Below, in pieces: positions 23,934-35,869 of a DNA stretch of 64,000 nucleotides (its first letter is position 1; the number at the start of each line of letters is the position of its first letter). The position numbers and the translations under genes are program-made. The stretch is from Podarcis bocagei (Eukaryota), in the NCBI GenBank assembly GCA_964188305.1, contig OZ076885.1, one strand, 5' to 3'. The notes below the pieces were generated by a model, which saw nothing but the letters and a program-made list of their open reading frames with translations, ran no database searches and was not told where the DNA came from.

Positions 23934-24445
23934 TTATCTATTTTTTGTGATGAAAGAGACAACAAAATTATTAAATACAGTGTCCCAAAACAAATTGAGC
24001 TGCCTTGCAGGATTCGCTTTGGGACACCAAGTTTGCCTTGTCTCAGATGTGCCTTGCTTCAGGCTTTCCCTGAAGCTGAAAGCAACTTATCCTGGATTGA
24101 ACTCCAGGGCTTATATTTAATTCCTCTGAGGTCTGGCACAGTAATGCAATCTCCTGTCTCAATCCTGCAGGAGCGAGCAACACACCTCCTCCCCTTTGCA
24201 TACACAAGAAAGGAAGGGGGACTCATCATTTGATTTCACATGCTGGGCTGCATGGATTGTGAAAGCAGGAGGCCCAGGGTGCCTAGACACACAGGCATAT
24301 TAACAGCACGTACTACTGCCTCAGTATAAAGCAAAAAAGCAGGCTGTGCTTCTTGATCTTTTTATGGAGAGAGAACAGCTTCTCCCAGGGCTGGGTCAAG
24401 ACATTCCACTGCCTGAGGCAAAGGGTGAGATGGCAGCCTCTTCCA

Positions 24446-24570
24446 CAGTGGCGTAGCGTGGGGGGTGCAGGGGGGGCCGGCCGCACCGGGCGCAACATCT
24501 GGGGGTTAGGGTTAGGGGGCGCAAATTACTTGCCTTGCCCCGGGTGCTGACAACCCACGCTACGCCACTG
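24446..24570. mobile_element. 125-bp hAT-type MITE with an internal telomere-like repeat
   Basis: 17-bp perfect TIR CAGTGGCGTAGCGTGGG; perfect 8-bp TSD CTCTTCCA. Confidence 0.9.
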
Positions 24571-27500
24571 CTCTTCCATTCCATTGACAGAAGCTGACCA
24601 GACTGGGAGTTGAATCTCATGTCAGCACTGGTGATGGGCCATCCTCCACTGCATCTAAGGGCATCAGGCTTGCCTAAAGGGTGCACAGATAGACCAGTCC
24701 TCCAGCACCTCACTGCACACCAGCATTTGCCATATGAAATGGCAGCCTCACTCTACCTAATGGTAGCGCCGGCCCCAACATCTCCTATCTTCTGCCTTTT
24801 TGCTGTTTAGCTTAACATCCTATCTGATGAAGACTTGTGATGAACCCCGAGGCCTGCTAGTTATTTTGTTAACAGCTTCCAAAAGCAGAGTCTGTCAGGA
24901 TTGTATATTTTCAAGGGATCCTTCTGAGGATTAATAGTTTGATGCAGCAAAAGCAACAGTCTTGTAGCATCTGAAAGACTAATGCATTTATTCTGACAGA
25001 AGCACTTGTGGACTAGATATAACACATTTGCTTAAGTCACAATAAACTGACTAGCTTTTCAGGTACAGCAAGATTGTTGCTGTTGTTTTTTGTGATGTTT
25101 TAGTTGGTTTCAAGTGACGCTAGCAGGAAGCAAAGATGGACATTGGGTGAATGCATAGTAATATTGTCATTTAAAAGCAACAACCAACATTTCAATATTT
25201 TGTGTATGCCAATAGGAGTATAAATGAAGAACACATGTCACCTGGAGGCTCTTTGCAAGAGGGGATCTAGGGGCTTGCCTAATAGAACAGCCTCGCAATA
25301 ACCTCATGCCCAGTTTTGCAAGATCTTCAAGTAGTGATGAAATTGTTCCCTTGCCTTAACAGCTGTAGCTGTGCGTGATCCACAGTGGAACTCCGGTACA
25401 CCCAAAACAAGAACTTTTAGTACCAGAGACAGAAAGAGATGGAAAAGTGCTCAGGGGCGTTTTGGTGTTCCTTACAACCTTATTCTGCTGTCACTCTGAC
25501 CATAAACCTCTGTTTCTAAACAGATGCCAGAAAAATCTGCTTTTGGATCAGGGTTCAGATCCTACCTCTTGACAACTCACTGGCATGTCATTACACAATC
25601 TTAATCTCTCAGAGTTGCTGCTAGGATGCAAACTTACTAGGAAGTAGATCCTACTTAAATCAATGAGACTTACTTCTGAGTAAGCATAGAAAAAGTCATC
25701 TTGAAATCTGAAAGACTGTAAAGCACTTTGTACATTAAAAGAAAGCAAAAGTACCCTTGGCTTCAGTGGTCTCCACACCCCACCCTTCTTTCCCAAAGTA
25801 TTTTCTTGCCTCTTTTTAAAGCTTTTTCAAGCTCCATCTTATCCCCTCACATTTTTCTTCTTGAGGAAAATCTAGCCATTCTCATTTCATTTCTCACAGC
25901 TCCCATCCCTCAGACTCATTATATTTCCCCATCCTAATTCCTTCCTGCTTTTATTTATTATTCACAGATATGACAAAAGCCAGGAGGAAGATTTACTGAC
26001 CCTTAAGTGGCAGCCAGCAGAACAAACTGCAGCATTTAAAAAATATCAGCTTTTCTTTATAAAACTCTCAGGGATTTAATCTCTCCCCTGAAACATTTGC
26101 CCTTTCCAAGGCAGCTTTCCAGGGATGGGGACTCAGGCTCATTTCTGAATTTAGTGGAACGCCATACAAATGCATGCATGAACCCCCAGAATCAAAAATG
26201 CACATCGGAACAAAAGCAGAGTTGAGGCGGCAAATGCCTTCTCAAAGGCTTTGCTACCGTATGCGTCTTGTGGCTGTCAAGTGCCGTGATCAGCAATTAA
26301 TTTAATTTGCTCTGTCCCCTTGCGGCTTGCTTCAGTGCTTCACCCTGTTTCATGTCCTGGTACCCAGATGTTTGGGATTTTCTTATAATAAACAACCCAC
26401 CACTGCCTGATGCAAAATAGCTTCGGCTTTGTTCTGTCCAGTTTTGCCTTCAACAGTCAAGAATCCAAGAAAGAAAGAAAGTTAATTCTAACTACTACAT
26501 TTGAGCACAGATGCTCGACATCCTGCCTCACATCAAACACTGAACATCACCCACACATGCTCCAAGTGAACATGCACACATTTCTCATCTCCATGCAAGC
26601 CCTCGGTGAGCTTTAGAGCTCACATCCAGAGTGACACCTATTCACATGCGTGCTCGTGAGCTCACATCTGATCAATAACTCACTCCACTCAAGGCTTTCA
26701 TTTATCAGAACCCATTTTCTGGACTATCTGTGCCTCAGCCTCAGCCAGGGAATGGGAGAAAACAGCCATACCTCTGAACCCACACAGAGTGCCTTTTCCT
26801 TGCCACCAAGTAACCACAACAAAATCCTGTGCATCCTGAGTTAGGCTTGAAGCTGTCCATGGTAGATGGTGTCATTTCTGTGCACACCAGAGTAACATTG
26901 TCTCTCATTTTAAAAATATAGCACACACTCGTGGCTTGTCTCTGAGTGCTTGTTCCTCCTTCCCTCGCTGCCTCTCTGTTTCCAGTGAGCACTGCAGCAA
27001 AATGTCCCAGTTTCCCCTAGTTGCACCAAGTCCTTGCAATTCAGCTCTCTTACCAGTAGACAGAAGATCCCTGGGTTGGAACAAGGGCCCTGTTTCAAAG
27101 TGTCTCCAGGTCTTGGAGTGGCATGGCAGCGGCGGCGGAGGCAGATGCTGCTCCGGGTTCCCCGACTACTCTGCCTTACCACCTCATGCTGTTGGCACAC
27201 AGGACTGCTACTGACGCAGCAGCTGAGCTTGCACGAAGGAAAAGGAAAAATGATCTCACAGCAGTCCAGCCCTGCCCAGTGCTTTGCCTCCTCACTTAAA
27301 GGCACAGAGCTAGAGGCTTACTTGTCACCCCGCCACCTGGCAAAGCTGATCAGTCTTGGCTCAGAGTTGGAGGAGACAAAAATAGCCGCTCTGACAGTTA
27401 CAGCATTTGGATGAATACATATAACTATGCATAAATATCCATACCTATGTATAAATATCTATACATACGGATGCATCTAATCAGGCAGGTGTTCAGTCCA

Positions 27501-27893
27501 GTTTGGGGCACCTCCAGAGTGCCACTGTTTTATGGGAGAGATTCATATGCATCCTGGGAAATTTAAGTGCACATAGTTAAAGCGGGTTAATGTGTTGTGC
27601 CGCTCTAGCGCGACTTAACACTGACGTTTTCCTGAGGTTAGGAACGTGACCAGGGAAAGGCATTGAAAAGGGTGGGATGAATGAATGACTAGCTGGAAGA
27701 CGTATAAACATGCGGCAAGCAAATTAGGATGGATGCTCATTGTTATATAGCCTCCGAGCAAACAAATCAGAACAAATACTCAGTAAAGACCGAACGTAAT
27801 CTAACCTCCATGCAAGCTTTGTGCAAGTGAATCAGGATGGAGGCTGAACAAGCAGGTCATCTGGTGGCGTTCTTAGTTCTTGTGAAGCATTCC

Positions 27894-28449
27894 TTTTTTC
27901 TATATATATACATTTTTATTGGGTTTTTTAAAAATATATCATTTCCAACAGTTATATAACATAACTTTTAATCTTATACAATATTTTAGACTTCCATCAG
28001 ACCTCTGATGATTTTTTGTTCTTTATCACTTTTTCTGCATTTCTTAATTTCCCTATTACTCTTAATTGTCATTAACTAATAATTCTCCTCATAGTCTTTG
28101 CTGCAATATTTCAAATAATCCTCCTTACAAAACTTATTGCAGTCCTACTAGTGTAATCTGTTCAGTACAATTACTTTCCAAATAGTTTGTATATTTACTC
28201 CAGTCTTCTAAGAATCTCTGATCCCGCAGGTTTCGAATCCTTCAAGTTCTGCATAGTTCATCAATTTCATCCTCCATTCTTCTTTTGTTGGTAATTCTTC
28301 TTGCTTCCATTTTTGTGCCAATAATATTCTTGCTGCCATCATTGCATATAAAAACAACTTACAATCTTGTCTGTTAATCTCATCACCTACAATGCCAAGT
28401 AAAAATACTTCTGGTTTCTTAACAAATGTATATTTCAACATCTTTTTCA
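27894..28449 (-). mobile_element. 5'-truncated L1-type LINE with intact TSD
   Basis: ORF2 C-terminus (KKPEVFLLGI..AARILLAQKWKQEELPTKEEW), poly(A) signal and tail; 16-bp TSD TCTTGTGAAGCATTCC. Confidence 0.85.
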
Positions 28450-28829
28450 TCTTGTGAAGCATTCCTGCCCATATTACCCTATTCTCGTTAGCTCTGCCAC
28501 CACTTTAGAATTACTGAGGGGCAGTGAATTAGCAAATCCAGAGGGCATTTAAGAATACAGGGACTAAGCAATTTAGTTCTGCCCTGAGCGATAAGTCATT
28601 TTAGAGTTGCATATATTAAGATGCATAGATATTTGTAAATACATTAAATGACCAATAAGCCACCAGTCTTTCCTACTGAAGATTTCTAGACTGTCAAATT
28701 ATTGGGAATGTTCCTTGAGGAAGCCTGCACCAAAGGCCTCCAATGTGAAGATTAATGCTCACCTCCAGTGCTTTCCTTCATGAATAGCAGAGCCTTGAGT
28801 ATCCCTGCTCACAGGTTGAATTTCAGTAT

Positions 28830-28990
28830 TGTTATATACCACCCCAGCCTCTCAGTGGTGTTAGATTCCAGGGGTCCAGGCATTTACCCAGGGTCTGTGT
28901 TTCCTTTCGAAAAGAGGCACAGGAGAGACTTGGTATCTTTATGATATATGGTTTATTTATACATATATACAATCTGAGCACAGATGGAGG
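28830..28990 (-). mobile_element. Possible LTR fragment
   Basis: Begins TGTTA; AATAAA-containing segment typical of LTR 3' ends; no second end seen. Confidence 0.35.
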
Positions 28991-30552
28991 GAGTGCAGAG
29001 TATTTACATCCCAAGAGGGTCCTGTTCCTTCCATTGCTGCAGCTTCAGACTCTCTCTGTAGCATCAAGCAGACTGCTTGACCACTGTCCATGCTGGCTGG
29101 GGAAGATGGGAATTGGAGTCATCTGTTGGGGAGTGTAGGGAGAGGGAGGAGAGAAGGACAATGGTTCCCCCACCCCAGAAGCATAAATCCTTAGGCTGAT
29201 TAAGTGTTGGCTTAGTGCTACATTGCATTCCACCCCCAAAATATTGGTGACCTACTGCAAATAACCCAACCATCTACCACTCTACCTTCTGCCTGCCTCA
29301 TATAGAAGGTAAGATGACAAATTACTTGCCCAAGCCTGACTCAGCTTTCTGCAGTGTTGTCCAAGTCCAACACACACAAACAAACACACATATGAGAAGA
29401 GAGAACACATGCCACCACACTCACCTGTGGTAGTTGCAGTGGATTTCTAAATCCCTGCCCTACCCACCGGCAAAGTATAGGTAGGCCTGTTGGACCATAG
29501 GACAAGTTCCAAGACCACATTAGGGTGATACCTTTATTAGGGCAACCAAAGGAGTTTTTCTATTATCTGTAAACAGAAAAAACCCAGCTGTTTTGTAAAT
29601 TTCTCTGCATCCTTAGGCAAACCACACAGGTTCCTTGCTATGTAGAAAACAGCAATAAAGAGAAACTTGCTTTACTGAATAGCTGGAGGGTTCTGAGCTG
29701 TTTGGTATCCTAAACTGGAGGAATAGGATTTTGAACCACCTGAAGATGGGGCTAGGCTCTCTGAGGCAACATATTGTTTCCAGAGATTGAGGGGCAAACA
29801 TTGTTATGCTTCTTTTCCCCAATAGACCAGGTGTGGGAAGCCTTGGGCCCCCCAGCTGTTGCTGAACTACAACTGCCATCAGTCTGGGCAAGTACGGCAA
29901 AGAGCCAAAGATGATGGGAGATTGGGAGGCGTTGCTGCTCAGGGAAAGGAGAGGAAAGGCAACCCCATCTTGTGATATATTTATTGCATTGTAGTAATTG
30001 GTCACTTTTTTCCTTCAAAAAATGAAAGTGACTTTCCCCCCACTGCATTTCTCTTTTAAAGTGAGCCTCACATAACAGCTGCTCTCTGGAGGATTGTATC
30101 CAACTTCTACAGCCAAAGGATGCATTTTCAGATATAATGTGTCAGATATAATGATGCAGCTCAAATGTCTCTGAGGGACCTCTGAGCTAATAATCATACG
30201 CTCAGCCCTCCTATCCATAATCACCTTTATTCAGCTTGTGACAGTAGTGACACCTTTGTGGTAAGTTTGCTTTAAGTGGTCTATTACTTGTTATAAAGTT
30301 GTAACGTCTCACTATAAAAACATTTATGGGAAGCGCATGCCTCAGGTATGTGAGATCTAAAAGATCTCTTGCAATCTGAAAACTGAGTACTGTACCATTT
30401 AATATAATTCTTAAATAAATATTAGTTAGTGGAAACATGCTTATTCTTATTGTTTTTGTGAAAACCTCTTAAGAGTTTTATTATTTTAAGCAGTATAATT
30501 TTTTGAAAACTAAGTATTAATACCCAATTTATTAGTACTAATTTTAATGAGG

Positions 30553-30577
30553 GTGTGTGTGTGTGTGTGTGTGTGTG
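30553..30577. repeat. (GT)n microsatellite
   Basis: Direct inspection. Confidence 0.9.
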
Positions 30578-31939
30578 CTTTGCAATGTATAAATGATTGT
30601 ACCACACAGAAGGATCTGACCCAACCAGAGTAACCTTACTGGGCCATTGCTAGTACAATAGGGCTTCCCCACCTCTCCTCTCCACCATTGCTACTCAGAT
30701 TATTATTTAGGACCATGAGGAAAGACGCCTCTCTCAGCATTTGAATTGTGGCTTTGATTTAAAGATTTATCAGCATGGGATGTAAGCATTTATTGCTCAA
30801 GACTGTACAAGCCCATTAGGAGTGTGTGTGAATCCTCATTCTCCAAGATATTTGTTTGCTGCAAAGCTCATGCATGTAATTTTAATATGCATGTTGAAAG
30901 TTGACTTGAGTACAATCCAGTATATACTGTAATCTGGTATTGGAAACATGGGGAAATGCCTATTGTCTTTCTCTGCAACACAACCCTCTATATAAAGGTG
31001 TCCCAGTTTTATCTATGCCATCTGAAGTCTGCATGTCTGCCTTTGATAAGGAGATAGCCTTGTGCTGTGAGTCAGGGCAGTCTTAGGGCTTTAGAAGGCA
31101 TTTTTTTGCAGCAGCCAAGAATTAAGGGTCCATTTTTGTGAGTATGGAACAATTGCCTCAAATCAAACACCAGTATCTTTTTTATTGTTCAGTTGCAGTT
31201 CAAGAGATAGGTGACGGACAGCTACAATGATTCCGAATAGCTTGAGACATTATACACAACACACTGCTCTGGTCTGAAATCTGAGTGTCCTGATGACTGC
31301 TTTGTTACTTGTGGTACTTTGAAAAGCTAGCTGGGAACAGAAACTCACAAGGAGCTTTCCAGGGAGTTTCATGAGCCTCATGACAAAGCTCACTACAGAT
31401 ACGCAATTCCCAAGGGGCATGGGAACACCCTCTGCTGCCCATGGCAGCTGCTTTTAGACCAATCGGAAAGCTACTTGATCAAATACCATCCATTAATTAT
31501 AAAGGGCGAGTCTGTAACTCAAGAGGGGTAAAGCGTAGTGCCAGGGAACAGGAGGGGAAGGTAACACAGCCAACCTGGTTACTTGCACACTTAGGATCTT
31601 CTCTTTCCCTAATCGCTGACATGGAGCTTAATCGGAGTCAGGACTCACCTCTAGAATCAGTTTTCTACCTAAGAGTTTTTTAAAGAGAAATAATTGGACT
31701 GCCTCTGAGCATGAAGATTATTCCCATATTAGAAAAGGTGGATTCCAGCTAAGAGATGAGATGTGCTTTGAGCATATTTTAGAAATTAAGCACTGATCAC
31801 ATCCACTGTAGCTTTGGAAGCATGACCTATTCAAGAAGGCAACTAGGAAGGCACTGTAACTAGGAAGTTTTGTACTGTATATGTATATGTAATATATGAC
31901 CTTATCACCAAGATGTGGCCTTTCCCCCAAAGTTCCATA

Positions 31940-32181
31940 AAGTGGTACCTCAGGTTAAGTACTTAATTCGTTCCGGAGGTCCGTTCTTAACCTGAAACTG
32001 TTCTTAACCTGAAGCACCACTTTAGCTAATGGGGCCTCCTGCTGCCGCCGCGCTGCTGGAGCACGATTTCTGTTCTCATCCTGAAGCAAAGTTCTTAACC
32101 AGAAGCACTATTTCTGGGTTAGCGGAGTCTGTAAGCTGAAGCATACGTAACCTGAAGCGTATGTAACCCGATGTACCACTG
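31940..32181. mobile_element. Tc1/mariner MITE, family A
   Basis: TIRs, TA TSD, near-identical to 49139-49380. Confidence 0.9.
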
Positions 32182-33007
32182 TACTTGCTTTTGGATGCTA
32201 GTGGGCAAATTTTAGGACTTGCAATACCTTTGCTCAGTTCAGGATGTAGTGTCACTTGGGTAATGCATTCAGAAAATTGTAGTACTATTTTTGGGAGTGA
32301 AAGGAAAAGCAAAATAAAGGTCATTAAGAGCTTTCTACATTCATGTGCTATTAATGCATTAAGTAACAAATACACAGTGGTTGCTGCAACAAATCATCCA
32401 TGTATCTATTAAAAAAGAACAAAGTAAATACTGGGCCGAAGCCAACATTGTGTGAGCAGAAGGCTGTTTGGCTTGTACATGGGCAGCATTGGATACAATC
32501 CATTGAAAATTAATTAGCAAATGTTATGAGAAATCTTTGCAGTCAGCTGTGATAAACAAGCACATGTTGTGAACACATGTATGCACCCAGTTTATGTCAT
32601 ACGGTTAAGGTGACAATCCAGAACCTTAACATCAATGGACATTTTGCCAGTGGCTAGAGTGGGATGTGACTGTACCTTTACTTTGGAAACATACTTCATT
32701 CCAGCCTGCTGTCCTCTTAAGCACTGGAATCCCAACTCTCGTAGTGCCTTACGCTATGAGAAGGATTAAGCTTTCGGCAGCACCCACTGCTGTTGTATTA
32801 ACTGAACATTTCATTGCTATTCTTGGTAACAAAAACGACAAGATTCTTAGGTCTTGGCCAGGTGCCTGCAGAAGCGATCCAGTGGCAAGACAGAACCCCG
32901 AACAGATGATCCATGAAATGCCATTCTGATTGGAAGAAATGCAGCTCACTGGCCAGGATACAGTCTACAAGCCTATGGGTATTGTATTCCATAATTTTGC
33001 AAGGCAA

Positions 33008-33230
33008 GGGCATAATGTGATGGTACAGTGTTAGAACCAGATTAGGACCCAGGAGACCAGGGTTCAAATCCCCACCCAGCCATGATGCTTACTGGCTAAC
33101 CTGGGCCAATCACAGTCTCTCAGCCTAACCTACCTTGCAGGGTTGTTGTGAGGATATAATGGATGGGGGAGGAAAAAGTATGCTAACCTCAAGCTTCTTG
33201 GAGGAAAGGTGGGATATAAATGCAATAATC
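33008..33230 (+). mobile_element. tRNA-derived CORE-type SINE (Squam3-like)
   Basis: B box GGTTCAAATCC, core ctcagcctaacctacct..cagggttgttgtgagga, AT-rich tail. Confidence 0.7.
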
Positions 33231-34227
33231 ATAAAATTATTTTTTTATTATGCTGAATCCTATTTATTTTAGCATATTGACGATTCAGGTAACATTTTTA
33301 TATAGATCACCAATCTTCTTTGACTTACCTAGTCATAAATTAACATACCAAAAAGGCCATATTGTAAGAGATGTATTTAAGAGTACACTTGTTGTTTCTC
33401 TTACACCCTTCCTAATCTATATATCTTGCTCTGAACGTTAAGGATGCTCAGAACAGATCACATGGGAAGCCAGAAGTAGCTCTCAAGCAGACATTATTAC
33501 ACTGGTCAATATCTGCTCAACTTTAACAATGGCACTTCATACCTTCCCAGCTATTCACTTTTATCTCTTTCTCAGATCACACTGGTCCATCTTCTGCAAA
33601 CCAGAACATTCAAATTATTTAAAGATCTTGCTAAAAGTATGCCATACTCCCTTTATGTCTGTGATGCAGTGAAGAATATTTTATTGTACTCTTTTTGTCA
33701 TCTGCTTAAAACATTTTGTTAAGGCAACGCTATCCAGACATGTAGTTGTTTTGATCTCTTTTACTGTTCATTTTAATTATTTTAAAATGTTTTCAATGGT
33801 TTTAAATTTATCGATAATTTTAATATTTCTTGAAAACCGCTTAGGGGTTTTATTGCACTCAAACGGTATATATATTTTGTTAAAAAAGTGACACTATGCT
33901 CTTGAACCATGGTTCTCAAAATAAAGCAGAGAGTTGCCAAGCAGAAGCATGTGACTCCACCTTGGTTTACCAATATAGGTTATATGTGCCACACACACAC
34001 ACACACACGTTGTGAACTGCTACCCAGCATAGTGACACTCACTCCAACCCAACAGCTAAGGGCTCTCTGGGCAAAAAGCACAGCTCTCTCAACTGGAGGG
34101 AAATGCTATATTGCCCAGTGATAAAAGGCTTTGAGAGGATATTTTTGGTAATGTCTACAACGCTCCCTGCCATTCTTCCAAACCATTATTTTAAGTCAAA
34201 GAGGATCCAGATTCATTTGGCTTATTT

Positions 34228-34233
34228 TTTATT
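34228..34233 (-). terminator. Candidate distal poly(A) signal of CNOT9 (AATAAA)
   Basis: AATAAA ending a 1.5 kb stretch with no recognisable repeats downstream of the stop; preceded by TGTA. Confidence 0.5.
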
Positions 34234-35333
34234 CAAGTTACAAAACAGAAAGCAGTTGGTAAAGTCCACTCAAGGCAGGGATGGATAAAACAAGGCTGTT
34301 ATAAAACGGAGCCGCTGTAAGAGCAAAAGCAGTCCATGGAGAGGGAAGAGTTAAGACACCCTTGGCATGGCATGGCCAGCCATCAGCAAAGAAAAGAGAG
34401 GAAACGGAAGATAGGTTCCTACCCAAAACAGCAGCAGGTGCTGAGGCCAAGGGATCTGGCAAGGGACCAGAAGCCACCTGCTCCCGGCCTTGTTGTGCAA
34501 CTGACAAACAGCTTGGATGATTTCCCCTTCCCTCCCCTTCTTTTCGTTTGCTTCTCTCATTTAGAGGGCAGGGGAGAAGATGTCTCTGCTGACTGCTTAA
34601 TAGCTCCTCATCCATCGCAGACGCCAACAAACAGGAGCAGGTTCAAGGAGATAAATTGGATGCACTTAGCCTGGTAGCAAGGGAAGGATAAGATAAAGAG
34701 CATGAGAGCCCTTGCGTTTTGCAGCCATTATGCTTTCCAGCACTAGCCAGCAAGGCTGAAATACCTGCAGCCTTTACCGACTGCCTGAAATAGCTCTTGG
34801 TCCCTGTCTGTTTTGTTCACACTTAAGAGTTAACCCTACCCTAACCAGAGGCATGGGCTGCTACAAAGTGGAAGGCCACATGGCTTGCCGGCCATGGCAT
34901 CCATGCAACAACTTTCTCCTCTGGCACAGTTTGAATGCTGAAGGAATGTTTTGGTGGCATTCTGGATCTTACTGACTAGGTGGTGGAGGATCATCATCCA
35001 TAGAGCATTTGACACTGGCTCAAATACAGTCACAGAGGCAGGGACTGTTCTAATGTGTGGCCAAAGGAATGGAGTCCAGGAAGTCTCTGCCTTCTGACAT
35101 ACCAGGAAAAATCCTTTAAGAACCTGTGGATATACTATGTTATTACCCTTCTCCCAATCCCCCCGAGATTGGGCTTCAGCCCCGAAGGCTGAACTTTTTT
35201 TTTTAAAGGATCAGTGGGGCTCCTCTTATGAAAGCGCAATTCCCAGCTGGGAAAAGGGAAACAGGCCTCCTCTGCTTAGAGCTAGATTCAGCTCAAAAGG
35301 TACGCCTAAGAGGGTCAAATGATCAGACCAACC

Positions 35334-35339
35334 TTTATT
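35334..35339 (-). terminator. Candidate proximal poly(A) signal of CNOT9 (AATAAA)
   Basis: AATAAA about 360 nt after the stop codon. Confidence 0.55.
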
Positions 35340-35700
35340 GAACTTACATGTAAACACTGAATAACAAAGAAACTGAGGAATACTTCCCAAGCCTGCCGCA
35401 CTGAACCAGAAAGGTAGATACGCCATTGGTAGCAGCACTGCCTAGCTTGGTACTCAACTGATCATCGCAACAAAGCCCACACCCTAAAAGAGGGCTTCTC
35501 TGTCCCAACTGTGTTTGCTGGTGTCATAATCCTCAGAGGCATGGTGAACGTTGCTATAGAAAGGGCCTGCAGTCCAGGTAGCTACTGACAGTCCAAGGAG
35601 CTGCCCAACCATGCCTGACGGGATCTGGAAGAGGTCATTGGTTCCTGGCTCTCTGTAAACCTGAGCTGTTTCCTCCTGGGTTCTGCCACCTCCTTGGCTG

Positions 35701-35869
35701 TCACTGCGGAGGAAGGGGGATGCCCCTGGGGTCGGTGACTTGGCCTTCCTGCAGATTCTTGACCAGCTGTGCCAGCCAACGCTTGGTGGTAGTATCGTCT
35801 TTCAGAACCTGGGCAAAGGTGGTGTCTTTCAGCTGGTCAGGAAGGCACTGCCTGAGGGCTTCCCGTGCC
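35701..35869 (-). CDS. CNOT9: CNOT9 last coding exon ([19 protein letters not shown])
   Basis: tgtag acceptor; TGA at 35703-35701. Confidence 0.96.

Noticed and set aside
24820-24860. CTGATGA motifs here and at 10583 and 39661 as hammerhead or snoRNA candidates
   Set aside because: No following stem plus GAAA, and no C/D box pairing with a terminal stem.
33055-33075. tRNA-like B boxes (also near 19440)
   Set aside because: These are SINE heads; no cloverleaf.
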